Translations under genes and position numbers: made by a program
From: Vicugna vicugna
Taxonomy: Eukaryota
DNA length: 64,000 nt
Direction of reading: 5' to 3'
NCBI GenBank assembly: GCA_013265495.1
Contig: MU057403.1
Coordinates: forward strand, 124,001-188,000
Notes under the pieces: model-generated
Told to the model about the DNA's origin: nothing
Database searches by the model: none
Seen by the model: the letters and a program-made list of their open reading frames with translations, nothing else
Part shown: positions 26,205-40,260 of the stretch, in pieces
Position numbering within the stretch: the first letter of the stretch is position 1
Layout of the letters: every line of letters starts with the position of its first letter

Positions 26205-26672
26205 TTCCATTTAGATTTTTGCATCAGTGTCCATGAGAGATACTGGTCTGTAGTTTTCTTGTAATGTGTTTGATTTTAGAATTAGGGTAATGCTGACCTC
26301 TCGGAATGAGTTAGTATTCTCTCCTCTTTTATGCTCTGAAAAGAGACTGCAAAGAATTGATGTAATTTCTTCCTTAAATATTACGTAGAATTCACCAGTG
26401 ACCCCATTTGTACCTGGTCTTTTCTGTTTTGGAAGGTTATTAATTATTGATTCAATTTCTTTAATATGCATAGGCCTGATCAGATTATCTATTTCTTCCT
26501 GTGTGAGCTTCGACAAATTGTTTCTTTCATGGAATTGATCTGTTTCATCTAGGTTATTTAATTTGTGGATATAGAACTGTTCATAGTATTCATTTGTTAT
26601 TTTTTAAATTTCATTGAGATCTATGGTGATAGATATCCTCTCTTTAATTTCTGATATTACTAATTTGTGTCT

Positions 26673-26703
<31 letters not shown>

Positions 26704-27700
26704 TTTTTTTTTTTAGTTTGCCTGGCTAGACCCATGTCAATTTTATTGATCTTTTTGAAGAACCAGCTTTTGGTTTTGCTGATTTCCTTTCTTGATTTCC
26801 TGTTTTCAACTTCACTGATTTCTGCTCCAATTCTTTTTATTTCTTTTCTGCACCTTACATGAGATTTGATTTGCTCTTCTTTTTCTAGTTTCCCAGGGTG
26901 GATGCTTAATTTATCGACTATAGGTCTTTCTTTTCTAATATATACATTCAGTGGTATGTTTCCCTCTAAACACTGCCTTTGCTACAACCCATACATTTTG
27001 GTAAGTTTTGTTTTCATTTTTATTTACCCCAAAATATATCTTAATTTTGCTTGATATTTCTTCTTTGACCCATGTGTTTTAGAAGTGTTATTTCATCTCC
27101 ATGTAATTGGGGATTTTTTCTATTATCTTTCATTTACTGATTTCTAATTTAATACCATTATGTTACGAGAACAGACAGCATATTATTTTTATTTTTTTAA
27201 CTTTGTTAAATTGTGTTTTATGCCCCAGAATGTGGTTTATCTGCGTCAGTGTTCCTTATGAGCTTGAGGAGAATATGTATTCTGCTGTTGTCAGACGAAG
27301 GAGACTATGGGTGTCAATTGTACCCAATTGATTGACAGTGTTGTTGAGTTCAACTATGTCTTTACTGACTTCCTGCCTGCTGGGACTGTCCACTTCTGAG
27401 AGAGGGGTGTTGAAATTTCCAACTGTCATAGTGGCTTCACCTGTTTCCCCTTGCAGTTCGATTAGTTTTTGTCTAATGTAGTGTGATGCTGTGTTATTAG
27501 GTGCATACACATTAAGGATTGTTATGTTCCTTAGAGAATTGACTCCTTTATTATTATGTAATGATTCCTTTCTTAATCCTTGAAAAATTTCCTTTCTTTG
27601 AAGTCTGTTTCTGTCTGAAATTAATATAACTACCTCTGCTTTCTTTTGATTAGTGTTAGCATGGTATATTTTTCTTCATCCATTTATTTTTCATCTATAT
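26205..27700 (-). mobile_element. Old L1 ORF2 fragment (EN to RT region)
   Basis: Translations YAPNNTASHYIRQKLIELQGE...GNFNTPLS and LPKQKRPGTNGVTGEFY...ENYRPVSLMDTDAKI. Confidence 0.88.
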
Positions 27701-29996
27701 GTAAAGTTAAACTTGTAACTTTTTATAAGAACACAAAAGTTACATGAGTTTTAAGAACAAGAACCATGGGAAGCTATGAGAAGTGCAATATAATTTTAAT
27801 AATATACTTTTTAATCCCACAGTGTAGAACTCCAATGTTCATTAGCATAATTTGCTGCAATGCCAATTAAGTACCATAGGCTTGAACTTTATAAACATGT
27901 GCAGACTCTTAAAACAAACTATTAAATTAAATTAGATACTTAATAATTTTGTACATGCCTTCATTATTTATACAGTGTTGTGACTTCCCAAAATATCAGG
28001 CATATTCATATTCAAATATATAAAATACAAAATGCATTCTAAACTCAAACAAGTAATACTTTTTAGCTTATCTGAGTACTGTTCACTCTTTAAGTTCCAA
28101 TATAAAGACAAATACAAATGTATGTAAAGTGTTTTCATATTTATAAATATTACAAATCAATTACTTGGTTATAGGTTATTAATAAAGATTATCATGGTGT
28201 GCTTTAAAAAATTATTTATATTATAATTTTTTGAGAATTATAAATATTTCAAGTTTCTGTTGAAATGACAGGAAGATAAAGACACGTTGTTAAATACGAT
28301 ATTCTTGGGCCTTTCTTTAAGGAATTTAAAGATGAATGGGAAACTCAGAAAAGTAAACCCTTAATGAAAGTCTTAAAAAAGTTCTATAGTTAAGGCTCTA
28401 TGAGAACTCATGGGAGGGCCACTCCAGTGTCTGATGATTGAATACTTAGATCAGCTTTAATCCATATGTTCAGTAGATGGCTCACTTCTGAACATAACAC
28501 TACTTGATGGAAAATTATATATGAGGTAACCTTAAGATTTTATATATTACTTTTCACAACTGCAAGGTTTAAACTGTTATTCCCAGAGTGTCGGCAGGGA
28601 CACATAAAAGAATAAAACAGGAAAATTAAAATACTGCATTTAGCTACCTGTTTCTCTGTAGGGATTTGGTACAATTAAAATACTTAGCACTTATCAGGTT
28701 ATTATAGTTTGTCAGACAATGTAATGAGAACATTCCCTAGCTCACTTACTCCTCTTACCCCTATGAAAGTACCATGTAACTCTATGAAAGTACTATTAAG
28801 ATGCTCATCTTTTAGATGTGGAAACTAGGATTTACAGTAGTCAAAGAATTTACCCCAAATCATAAAGCTAGAAGTTAAGCTATTAACAACTGGGAACAGA
28901 CCTTCTTTTGTGGTGTGAGGAGAAACCATAAAGCATATGAGGGGAGTGAGACTGGGGGACTTGGTGGAGAAAAGGGGTGGCAGGCAAGTTCAGTTATCCA
29001 TCCTGTTTGTTACCACAGATCACGGAAAAGATTGGCTACATAAAACATTCCCCTGCGTGCACAAGCCTCTTTCTAGCATCTGAAAATTTACATAAAAGGA
29101 AGAGCCCTCACTATGAATACCTGAGAATGTCCTAACATAGTGAAAGCAAATTACATAATTCTGGGTCTAATTATTTAACATCAGGATAACCACTGTATAG
29201 TATCACATAAGACGCTAATGCATTGGCTGTTAGATCAGTAAGTTGATCTTCTAAGTTTAAACAGGATTTGCTCCTGATTATTTTCATGATGGTATAATAT
29301 TCTACAACTAAAATATTCTTTTACTGTGAAATCTCCCTCTTCAAATTAGGGCTTCCTATGATAAAATGTTATCTAGAGTTTACGGGTGTACCTTGACTTC
29401 ATGATATTAAATTGAGCCAAATGTCTGTTAAACTAAATTGCTTTCTATGCTGAAATCAGTTGATTACATAAAAGCCACTTGCCACAGTGGAATAAAGAGC
29501 ATAATTCCATATTTGAAGGAGACCCTAAAACTACAATTCAAATTTTTAAAAGTAGAATCTAAAAATTATTCAATAATTACAAGTATACTTCTTAAAAATT
29601 AATTTTAACTAATTAATTCTTATAATGCTCTTTATATAAATGATAAAAAACAATCTCATTCTTGGACTAACTTAGTGGGAAAACATGTTCTTATTTTTTA
29701 GAAGGCTCAATTGAAGAGCGTTTTTAGAAAAAGTGCAGAATACATAACTAAAATTAACTACTAACATTTTCTAGAGATCGAGGAAAGCTAACTTATAAGA
29801 CTGTAACTTTGCCTAAAGTTAGCACCATGTATATACATTTTAAAAATTGACCGGCTACAGTTTTTAAAAAAACAGTTCTTTCTCCACTATCTATTCATTT
29901 CTTTGTATAGTGACAAAAACTTATGCCTGCCCCCAAAAGAGATTACACGTGTGCAATGTGCAACACAAAGAGGTTTGACTACATTACATTCTCTTT

Positions 29997-30577
29997 TTAA
30001 AAAGACGTTTCAAAGGATGAGAAAATCCTGAATTTGGTTAAGTAATTGAAGTAAACATAAGAGAGAGTCACGAGTATGTTTTTACAAAGGCCCAATACAG
30101 GTGTGATAGTTCCCAGGGCAATGATTAAACAAAGTCTAACAAAGATAAAGGGCAGATCCTGGAGCAGGATGCCCAGGGAATTCAGAAGTGGGTTCTGAGA
30201 AGTGAATATCATTCTAAGAAGAGAAATGAAACTGAACAGGTAGACTGGGTAGACCCAGCCTGACTTGTACACATTGGGGTGCCCGGCCACCCGGACCATT
30301 TCTACAGTGTCAGACCACAGCAGAAAGGTCCACAGGAAGACTTGTGCGCGGATGTCCTGCTGGGACATGGCTTTCAGGATTCCTGAGTCAAAGGTGGGCT
30401 CCTGGGGTCCCTCCAGATCAGGAGCAGGGCGCCATGTCGTGGCTCCTGGTGGTCGTGACAACTGGGTCCTTTTGGCTGGCTGCGGGGGTGTCGGGTTTTC
30501 TTCATTTTGCCTCACTTGGTCCGTCACAGTTTTTATTTGTTGCAGACTGGTCATATACACATGCTTGTCTTCGTTAC
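29997..30577 (-). CDS. TMEM236: TMEM236 exon 4 (terminal coding exon, 581 bp including TAA)
   Basis: (S)[23 protein letters not shown]...[42 protein letters not shown]...[12 protein letters not shown]...FSSFETSF*. Acceptor ttattgcag; phase 1 matches exon 3. Confidence 0.93.
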
Positions 30578-30612
30578 CTGCAATAAGTTGGTTTATTTAA
30601 AATTAAATTTTT

Positions 30613-31557
30613 TTATTTTTAAATTTTTTAAAATTTAAAAGTCATGCATATACATACATATATTCATTTTCATATTCTTTTTCATTAAAGGTTATTACAA
30701 GATACTGAACATAGTTCCCTGTGCTCTATAGAAGAAACTTTTTAAAAACTATTTTTATATATAGTGGCTAATATTTGTAAATCTCAAACTCCCAAATTTG
30801 TCCCTTCCCACCCCCTTTCCTTGGTAACCATAAAATTGTTTGCTATGTCTGCAAGTCTATTTCTGTTTTGTAGATGAGTTCAGTGTGGGTTTCGTTTTTC
30901 CCTTAGATTCCACATATAAATAATATCATATGGTATTTTTCTTTCTCTTTCTGACTTACTTCACTTAGTATGATGATCTCTAGGTCCATCCATGTTGCTG
31001 CAAATGGCATTACCTTATTCTTTTTTATGGCTGAGTAGTATTCCATTGTATAAATATACCACAACTTCTTTATCCAGCCATCTGTTGATGGACATTTAGG
31101 TTGCTTCCATGTCTTGGCTACTGTAAATAGTGCTGCTATGAACATTGGGGTGCATGTATCTTTTCACATTAGAGTTCCCTCTGGATATATACCCAGGAGT
31201 GGGATTGCTGGTCATATGGTTAATCTATTTTTAGTTTTTCCAGACTGTTTTCCATAATGGCTGCACCAAACTACATTCCCAACAGCAGTGTAGGAAGGTT
31301 CCCTTTTCTCCATACCCTCTCCAGCATTTATCATTCATGGACTTTTGAATGATGGCCATTCTGACTGGTGTGAGGTGATACCTCACTGCAGTTTTGATTT
31401 GCATTTCTCTGATAATTAGTGATATTGAGCATTTTTTCATATGTTTATTGGCCATTTGTATGTCTTCATTGGAGAATTGCTTGTTTAGATCCTCTGCCCA
31501 CTTTTGTATTGAGTTGTTTGTTTGTTTGTTTTTGTTATTAAGTTGTATGAGCTATTA
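30613..31557 (-). mobile_element. 5'-truncated L1, sense to TMEM236, about 35 bp upstream of the exon 4 acceptor
   Basis: ORF2 C-terminal and 3' UTR translations ([42 protein letters not shown]). Candidate TSD AAAATTAAATTTTT at 30599-30612 and 31558-31571. Confidence 0.9.
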
Positions 31558-31755
31558 AAAATTAAATTTTTAAAATTTATTTAAAATTTAACTTTTCTGT
31601 TAATTTTATTTCTATTTAAATGTTTAAATTTTTATTTAAATTAAAAATTACATTTACTTTTATCTTTTTAATGTTTATTAAATTTAAACTTTTATTTAAA
31701 TTTAAAATCTTTGAAATTTTATTTAAAGTTAAAATTTAAAAATAAAATTAAAATG
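31555..31755. repeat. AT-rich low-complexity tract
   Basis: Almost entirely A/T, with repeated TTTAAA/TTTTAAAA motifs. Confidence 0.85.
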
Positions 31756-34260
31756 TTCTCTTATTGGAGGTCTATTTCACCCATGGAACTTCAAGATAGC
31801 AATAGGTAGCAGGGTGCACAAAATACAGAGGCAGAGAAGGCTCTGTGTCTTTGTATTTTCCTGGATATGAATCCTAAGTCATTTTTACCATTTCAGAATA
31901 ATAGCCATTACTCATTACAGGGCTAAGTAAGCACTTTCACACATTATCTCATTTAATCCTCAGCGGGGGGAGTTGAGAGATAGGGATTACAATCCCATTT
32001 TATAAACATGGAAACTGAACCCCAAGGGGTGAAATGACACCCAAATTTAACTACATTGTTTGTAATGGGCAGAGCAGAAATTCATGCCAATTTCTTAACT
32101 TTATGGCTGCTGTCACTTTCTAGAGGCCACACACAATATGCTAATTATAAAACATACACATATCATAAAATCGAATGGATCTAAAAGTACAATGGTCCAA
32201 TCCTGTTATTTTATAAGAGGCCAACAAGTCACTGCAACCCAGATCGCCAGGCTTAGAATTTGGTGCTAAGAGGGTCTCATTTGACCATGAGGGGGGTCTG
32301 AATCCAAGATTTTTAAGCTGTTCTTTCCCCCAACGTTATTGAACTGATCAATGTGATTGGTTAGACTAAAGTATCTCACCTGTGGCCATGAGGTGTGGTG
32401 GGTGAACATGTCAGTCATCTGAATGAGGAGGATGTTTCCTCATTAAAATCACATAGTGTGTGCGTGTATATGTGTATCTGTATGTGTGTCTGTGAGAGAG
32501 AGAGGGAGAAAGAGATGGGGAAGAGAGAGAGGGACCGTGTGTCTCCCCATGTACACGTGGGCATTGAGGTTGGGGGGTATGAAGGGACCCTCAAGTCTCA
32601 CTAAGGACTTACTAACGGTGCTAATGCTATGATTTTTTGACATGAAAGGAACAGCACATTCTTTTCCAAACATTTGTCCACTTAAGCACTATTTTTGTTA
32701 CTAAGGATTTCTCAGGCCTTGACAAATTTACTCAGTGAACAAGCTGAGCCACCACACTACTTGATAAGACATAATTTAAAGGGAGTCATTAGAAGCAATA
32801 GCTCTAAAGGTTAAAGATACAAAGTCAATAAAAATTTGCTGAACTGTATTGAGCAGGAGTAAAAACATTTCAAAACAAATAAGTTATTATGATTAGTGAC
32901 TAATAAAACACTTGATGACTGTAAGTGGGAGTTTAAAAGGGCAAAAACAAACTTCAGCTTTATTTTTATACAATTAGTTATTTTAAAACTTTAAGTGTGA
33001 AATGAGTACATTTATAAACTTAAAAAATAAATTATTGATAAAATATTTACTTCTGGTAAGAATCAAGTGTAAATCAGTGTTAGGGCCTGTGACCCTTAGA
33101 ACCATCTTCACCAAAGAAGAGGCATGAGTAGGTGTCATTTGGATTAATTACAGTCAAGGGAGAAAAATTTACGCTAATTACTATTCTTTTAATAATCATA
33201 AATTATCTCTTTTTAAACTCAGATGCTCACTTGTATCAGTTGTACCTCTGACTTTCCGCCCAAAAAATCAATATTGAAAATATGTTTCTTAGAATAACAT
33301 CATGTCTTAGCGCATTCTCCTACACCTCTCAGTAGTTAAAAGTGTTCCAAGGAAAATTCAAATTCCTCTGTCAACATAAACAACACAGCATATAACTTCG
33401 GCTACTGAAGACGACTGCAAATTCAGCACTGTTTCAACAGGAAGTGGCAATCTAAGAAGTGACACTTTAACATTTTTTAAACAGTCAGTGGCAGCCATAA
33501 CATCTGAGGGTAACAGCGGTCAGTGTGAAAAATGAATTCTTAGCTAGAGTTCATTTTTAATGAAATGCAAAGCCCCTAGTCCATGTACATTTGGTGAAAT
33601 CAGGGCGGGGAACTTCATAGTTCTCCATAGTGCATCAGAGACTAGTTTAGACTTGGGGACAAGTTTACAGACTCCGCTATCCTCTGTCCAAGAAAGAAGC
33701 ATTGTCACTATCAGCTGGGAAGCTCCGCTGGCCTCCCAGAAGGCAGCGTAGAGTTGAGGATGTCAAGACATCGTTTGGTCATTGGAACGGACCACCACAT
33801 TTATCCTTGAACCATGTAAACCTTCATGGATCCAATACTGTTCCCTTCCGCCCCATGATTATTTTCCCTCCAAGTTATTCTTTTTAAAATTTCCCCTTGT
33901 AGCTGGAATTCTTTTTATTGTTGCTGTTAGTTGTTAGTGTTCCATTTGGAGAAAACTATATTTATTTGCATAAAATACATGCTAATTACTGTTTACTGTT
34001 ACTAATTGTGCAATTACTGATTACTGTTTGAGCAATTTGTGCAAATCGTAAAAGATACAAGCACCATGAGAGCCATCTACGCACCTCCTTAGAGGTCACA
34101 CTGCTCCAAAAAAATAAAAATAGCCTTTCTGTGTCATGGCCACCACATCTGATGTCGGTTGCCAAAACAACTTTTTATCCTTACTACGAAAGCTAAGTAA
34201 TTGAGGAAATGCAATTTTGATAACAGACACATGGTTAAGCAAGGGACTCACACCTTTTTT

Positions 34261-34354
34261 TTTTTACATTTTTTATTGATTCATAATCATTTTACAGTGT
34301 TGTGTCAAATTCCAGTGTTCAGCACAATTTTTCAGTCATTCATGGACATATACA
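34261..34354 (-). mobile_element. Very short L1 3' terminus with 12-bp TSD
   Basis: Matches the last ~95 nt of the 14230-14673 copy; TSD CACACCTTTTTT at 34249-34260 and 34355-34366. Confidence 0.85.
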
Positions 34355-35377
34355 CACACCTTTTTTACTTTATTATTTCTTACTAGTAATGGATTTCTAT
34401 CTCTAACTTGTTCCCTTAAAGTTTTATTTCACTTACAGGGGAAAACATAAGCACAACTTAACAAATCAGTAATGAAGAATTTTCAAGAGTGAGCGTGTGT
34501 TCCTCTTGCAGAGAAAAAAAGAAAGCAATCAAAGTTATTTAAATAAAAAGAGAGAGAAAAGAGGGCAAGGAATCACAAAAAAGGTACCTAAAGACAAGGC
34601 AGGATGGAAGCTGATACTAAAAAATGCCCTTTTCAATGAAATCGACATTGTAATTTTATTCGTTCAAAAACGGCACTATTTAAAGGCAACCTGGCAAAGG
34701 CAAAACTCAGCTTAGGGGCAAAGGCAGGCTCTTTTGAGGAATGAGTGGGGCTGGAGTCACGTGCCCACAGCAGGAACATGCTGGACAGTCCCGCTATGGG
34801 GGGAGAGACTTCCAAATCACCTCTCCAAACAGCAGCTTCCAACTGCTCATGATGGTGAAGGGCTAGGCCACTTGGAAACCCAGGCTGCCTGCTGTGAGCA
34901 GACAAACTGTGGAGTGCTGCTGCAAGCTCAGGCTGGTCATTGAGAACAGAGCAGCAGGTAATGCCCCCGCCTTTCCCACTTTGTTTCCCGGGATCGCCTC
35001 GTGAAATACAGAAGAATAAACTGTGGCAAGACTTTAAAAGGAAGGTAAGTTCTGTGCCAAGAGAGCATCACGGGGGGTCTGCATGAGACTGGGAGTCAAG
35101 GATGGATCATCTGAGAAGTGACCATTAAGCAGAGACCTAAAGAATAAACAGGAATGAATTAGGTGAAGAATGGAGAAAGGAACTTTCCAGGTGGTGGGAA
35201 GAGCATGTGTAAAGACCCTGTGAACTGAAGGAAAGAGAGTGTGGTGAGGCGCTGGGGAGGCAGAGAGGGAAGGAGAGAAGAGCCAGTATTTATTAAAGGC
35301 TTCCTTTATACCAGGTATTGATCTAAGCCCTATCTATCCATCAAATCTCTTAATCCTTAGAAAAACTCTGTGATGTG

Positions 35378-35626
35378 CTTACCAAAGGGGAAAGAGGGGT
35401 GGGGAGGACAAATTCAGAGTATGAGATTAATAGATGCCAACTACTATGCATAAAATAGACAAGCAATAAGGATCTACTGCATAACAACAGGGAATTATAT
35501 TCAATATCCTGGAATAATCTATAACGGAAAATAATCTAAAAAAAAAATATATATATATATAAAGCTGAATCCTTACTGTACACCTGAAACTAGCACAATA
35601 TTATAAATCACTACACTTCAATAAAA
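35378..35626 (+). mobile_element. L1 3' end fragment interrupting a MIR
   Basis: ttaccaaaggggaaag...acagggaattatattcaatatc...ctgtacacctgaaact...cttcaataaaa; MIR-like sequence on both sides. Confidence 0.75.
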
Positions 35627-36013
35627 CAATGAATCTCAATGATGGAGATACTATTATTTTCCCATTTTAAAGGTGAATAAACTGAGGCAGAGGGAGAATA
35701 AGAATTGTTTCCAAGGTCACACAGCTAGCAAGGAGAGGGACCAGAACATGAACCTCAAACCCTTCATCACTAGATCACATGGTCTATGGCACAGCCAGGC
35801 GATGCCGAGTCTTATGGGCCTTAATAAGGGTTTGGGGCTTTATTCTAAGTTCAAGGAAAGCCACTGAAGATGAGGACAGTGGAAGGCAGGGGAGCCAGAG
35901 AGGACATGGAGATTCAGCAAAGAGGCTCTTGAGGCTGTCAAGGAAGCTGATGTGAAATGAGATTGTAACTCAGTTCACAGCACCCCAAAGATCCAATTGA
36001 AGACTCATTCAGA

Positions 36014-36100
36014 GGGGAGGGTATAGCTCAGTGGTAGAGCGTATGCTTAGTATGCATCAAGGTCCTGGGTTCAATCCCCAGCACTTCCACTGAAAAAAAA
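36014..36100 (+). mobile_element. tRNA-Ala-derived SINE (short form) with TSD
   Basis: ggggagggtatagctcagtggtagagcgtatgcttagtatgc...gggttcaatcccc plus poly(A); TSD aagactcattcaga / aagactcatctaga. Confidence 0.9.
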
Positions 36101-36894
36101 AAGACTCATCTAGAAAAAGTATGACTAGTCTTAGTTAACAATCCCCAAGATCAAAATTTTTCCCTGAGAGAGAAATGGTCTTGAGAAAGCAAAACGCTAA
36201 TGATTTAGACATAATTTTCTGAGAAAAGAAAAAAAATTCGGAAAAGAAGAAGTCAGTGCCTTTTGAAAACTTTTTGAAAAAAATATTAAGTACACAAAGC
36301 ACTTTTAGTCATAACACTTTTAGAGAATAAAAACATAATAAAATATACACCTACTTTATATGTGTATTTTAAATCTAAAATAAACATTTTAATATTTTTA
36401 AATGTTTAAAACACAAATTGCAAACACTGTTGTCTTGACCCTCTCCACCGACTAGCAGGTCTTCCTTTGAGGAGCAAGTCTGAGGCTGGGGAGACAAGTA
36501 ACATCATTGCCAAATAGTAAATGATGAAATCTAGCACCTCCCTCCCAGCATGGTTATGAAGAAAGAATGAGTCAATCTTGGTAAAGCATTTAAAATAGTG
36601 CCTGACCCAACATAACAGCCATATGTGTGCTAAGTAAATAAAAAGTAGCAACCTCTAAAGTATCTATCGTTTTAAATGAATTAGAATAGAATAGAATAGA
36701 AAATAGAATGCAGTAAACAAACAGTTAAGAGTGATTACATTTTGTTAAACTTCGGTGATAGTTATCCAGAATCTCATATATGGAGGCAGGTCAAAAAGTG
36801 GGAGAAATAGTGTCACACTACAGAACCTAATTCATTAATTCTTAGATTTGTCTGTTCATGTCACAAAGAAAAATGCTGCTGCAGGGGTGGACCC

Positions 36895-37105
36895 TGTGCA
36901 GGCAGAGACAGCTTGCACCAGCCAACGAGAGCCTGTCATGTGTACCTATTCTCAATCCCGTGATCAATTCAGCCATACCACCTCGTTATCTTGAAACTGG
37001 CCATGGTGAGAGTATTCACACCAGAAAAAACTGGCAAATGCACAAATCAGGGATTTCCCCTCCCCCAGGAGAGACAGTTGTTTAAACACTGCCTAGTATA
37101 CTTCT
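36895..37105. mobile_element. MER63-like hAT DNA transposon
   Basis: ttgaaactggccatggtgagagtattcacaccagaaaaaactggcaaatgcacaaatcaggg resembles the MER63 consensus. Confidence 0.65.
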
Positions 37106-39604
37106 CTCTGTGCTCAAAATTCTATGAAAGTTTTCAACAAATAATAATAATTAATAACATTAATGCATTCAAGACAAATAATTCAACACCTCATCAGTTC
37201 TGCAAGACCTCGGGGGCACGCATTCACAGCTGTACACCAGAAGCTGATGCGCTGCAACTGACTATATGTCAACAACAACAAAAATCTAAAAATAGGCATT
37301 GTATTGTTACTCAGTAAATTCAGAAGCCCTCAAATTCAGTTGCAGTTCCTTGCTGGGCATTGCATAAACCTGACCAGAAATAAATGCATCGTTTCTGAAC
37401 TTTAGGCAATGTGAAATTTTAAGAGAATTCTTTTGTCTGAGGACACAGCTGGATGGCTCCACACTTTAAAGGCCATCTTCTTCTCTACCATTACTTTATA
37501 GATTCACCTAACACTGGACAAAAATAGCTAAAAACTGGTAATACTGTCGATTTTAAAATATTCCAACTTCCTAAATTTTCTAATCTTCAGCTTTTCATAT
37601 GGGAACTTCTGACCCTTCTCCCCTTTAATATGTGTTTAGGTCAGAGAGAGTAATTTAATTTATAATATATAAATAGAAAAATTATTTTTCTATTTTTAAT
37701 ATCAATGTATTATATTAGGCATATTATATGCACTATAATAATCAATAATTTCATTATGTTAACAATGTAATAAGCATATAATGTTTAATATGCTTTCATA
37801 TATAATAAATAATAAATAATTCTAGATATTAATGTGGTTTGAAATGCCTCTACCAGGAAGTGCTTGGATACAGACCACAGTTAGGAACCTCAGCATGAGC
37901 CCAATCTGGGTGACAAAAATGGATGCATTGAGCATGCACCTGATTCACTGTCTTTGGAGGACTTACCTCAGATTTAAGTATACGTATTTGTTGGTATAGT
38001 TGAAACACATACTATTATGCCTGCTAGACTGTGAGCTCCATGCAAAGGGGACTCTGCCTGCTCTCACCCACCATTGTATCCCCAGCACCTAGCAGAGTGC
38101 CTGGTATAGAACACATCCTCCAGAAAGACTGGCTGCATCAAAAATGGGAAGAATTCTTGTTCTGCAGTCTATGACCATGAGGGAGACATGGGTATCCTGG
38201 AGGAAAAAGCTGCACTAAGGCAAGTCAGCCAAAGCATCCAAACTGAGTGAAAAATAGCCCCCCTTCCCCAGCCCGATCCCCTCAAACCTCCTCCATCACC
38301 CTCCAAGTCAACAGGAAGGACTTAGGAACCCTGCACAGAATGTACCACGCACACTGCCTTCTGCCCTGGGTCCTGGAGAGAGAGCCCTTTAAGGAAGACC
38401 ACGGGACCGCTCATGCTAACAAGCCCCAGAGGACAGCTGGGGCTCCTGGCAGCGCAGCCTGGGGACCTGCCTAGCTCCATGGTAAGGGAAGACCCAGTGG
38501 CATTCACACAGCCCCCAGAGCTCTGCGGGCATGGAGGCGGAGACGGGAGAGGGCAGACTGTGACTCCAACACCAGCAGTGGTGGCGTCATGGCAGGAGTC
38601 ACCAGGCAGGGGAACAAAAGTGCCGATGTGTGGTTCCAAGAAGAAAGCGCTTGTGAGTTCATAGGAAGCAGCCTTTGGAACACTCATCCTGTCAGAAAGA
38701 GGGGGACTTGGGCTCTTAAAATAGCCTGTGAATGCAGAGTCTGAGCACATGGGTGTCCCCATGCGTAGGGCCCCACTAGTAATAAACACACAATTTAAAC
38801 AAAAAATGACCCAGGGTGTCTGCCCATCGGCTCAGCAACCTATGTCACTCTTTTCAGTCCTACACAAGGAAATCTAGATGCAGAGAACCATGACCTACAC
38901 CTTGAACTTCCAACTGGGGCTTTAAATTCCAACTTTTGTTGGTATTATAGACTAATACATGCCGATTCTTTATGTTCCCTTATCCTTATGTCTCCCTGAA
39001 ATACTTGTTTTGAAAAACATCTTGCTGTTCTTAAGAATCTCACTTTACATACTAAAACTATACATAAATGTTATTTCCTCCCTCAGAAAACATTGATGAG
39101 TAAATGTCCAATTGTTAAAATCCTGTAAAGTTGCTCTAATCAAAGGAAATCCCAGCTTGAGTTCTGAGAGCACCTGATATCCCATGTCATTTGGCGCAGG
39201 GATGACTGCAGTATCGTTTCTGGCCCCCATCTACACTGACCTAATCCTGACAGCTGGTGCTTCGTTAGAAGGTATAAATCAGAAATTCTACCCTTCTCTC
39301 ATCCCGAGTCCAGTTAACGGCTACTCATTTCTTGAGCAGGGAAAAAAAACTCCTAGAGCTAACACACTTTCCTGAAACTTCCTTCTTCTAAGCAGCAAAG
39401 GGAGGGTTATGAAAGGAAATGCTCCCCCTTCTTGGCATGGCCTGAACGCAGTGTTCCTCATACGCACTCTCTAAACACATTGCAAAACGCATTATAGAAA
39501 CCCAGCTCACACGCTGGGCTCCGATTGTTTAAGCTATTTCTTTTTCTTAAAAAGAAGCAAAGGGGAAGTCAAAATGCCATTCCTTTTACTCAGAGAAAAG
39601 CGGT

Positions 39605-39662
39605 CTTTCTTTCTTTCTTCCTTTCTTTCTTTCTTTCTTTCTTTCTCTCTTTTTCTCTTTCT

Positions 39663-39697
<35 letters not shown>

Positions 39698-39742
39698 CTC
39701 TTTCTTCTTTCTTTCTTTCTCTCTTTCTTTCTTTCTTCCTTT
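39605..39742 (+). repeat. (TTTC)n imperfect microsatellite
   Basis: Directly visible. Confidence 0.95.
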
Positions 39743-40260
39743 TACCTTCTGTGACATCTCTCACGTTCTATTGGGTTACGGAGCAACAGATTCCATTTCA
39801 AGGAAATCTGGAAAGGAGGTTCCTTTGGGAATTTGGATTTGATCTCTTGGCTTTTAACTTGCTATTTGTCTCAGTTTCTAACCCTTCCTATAATCAAAAG
39901 CTCTCAACCAGGGTGGCCATCAGAACTGCTCGGAGAACTTCATTAAAAAAAATTATAGAAGCCAGGCGTTAAAATCTGGCATATCCTTTGAGCCAGAAAT
40001 TGCACACGGAGGCATTTCACCTAAAGAAATTCATCATGTGTGCAGCCGAAGTCCCTGCAGCATTTGGCCTAAGTCTCCGGGTCTTAAAGAGACTACACAG
40101 AAGGAACTGGACTAGGGCCACTGAGAGATCTAGTTGAAAATCCTACGCTGCCAACATCATACCTGGCACCTCTTACTGATGTGACAGTGGAAACCGCCTC
40201 CTCCGAAGAGCTATGACGTTTTCCACGCAAATAGCCTGTTGATCTCACTGCTAGCAAGTC

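Noticed and set aside
23049..27700. Active reverse transcriptase/endonuclease system
   Set aside because: Fragmented, stop- and frameshift-ridden L1 ORF2 relics; no intact ORF.
27700..29996. Exact TMEM236 poly(A) site and 3' UTR end
   Set aside because: Only ATTAAA-type variants were noticed on the minus strand in very AT-rich DNA; cannot be assigned without transcript data.
36014..36100. tRNA-Ala gene (also at 25557, 52446, 52536, 55736)
   Set aside because: A/B boxes are present, but stems are mutated and the copies have poly(A) tails and TSDs: these are SINEs, not tRNA genes.
39525..39972. Phe/Leu/Ser-rich and Lys/Glu/Arg-rich ORFs
   Set aside because: Artefacts of the (TTTC)n repeat.
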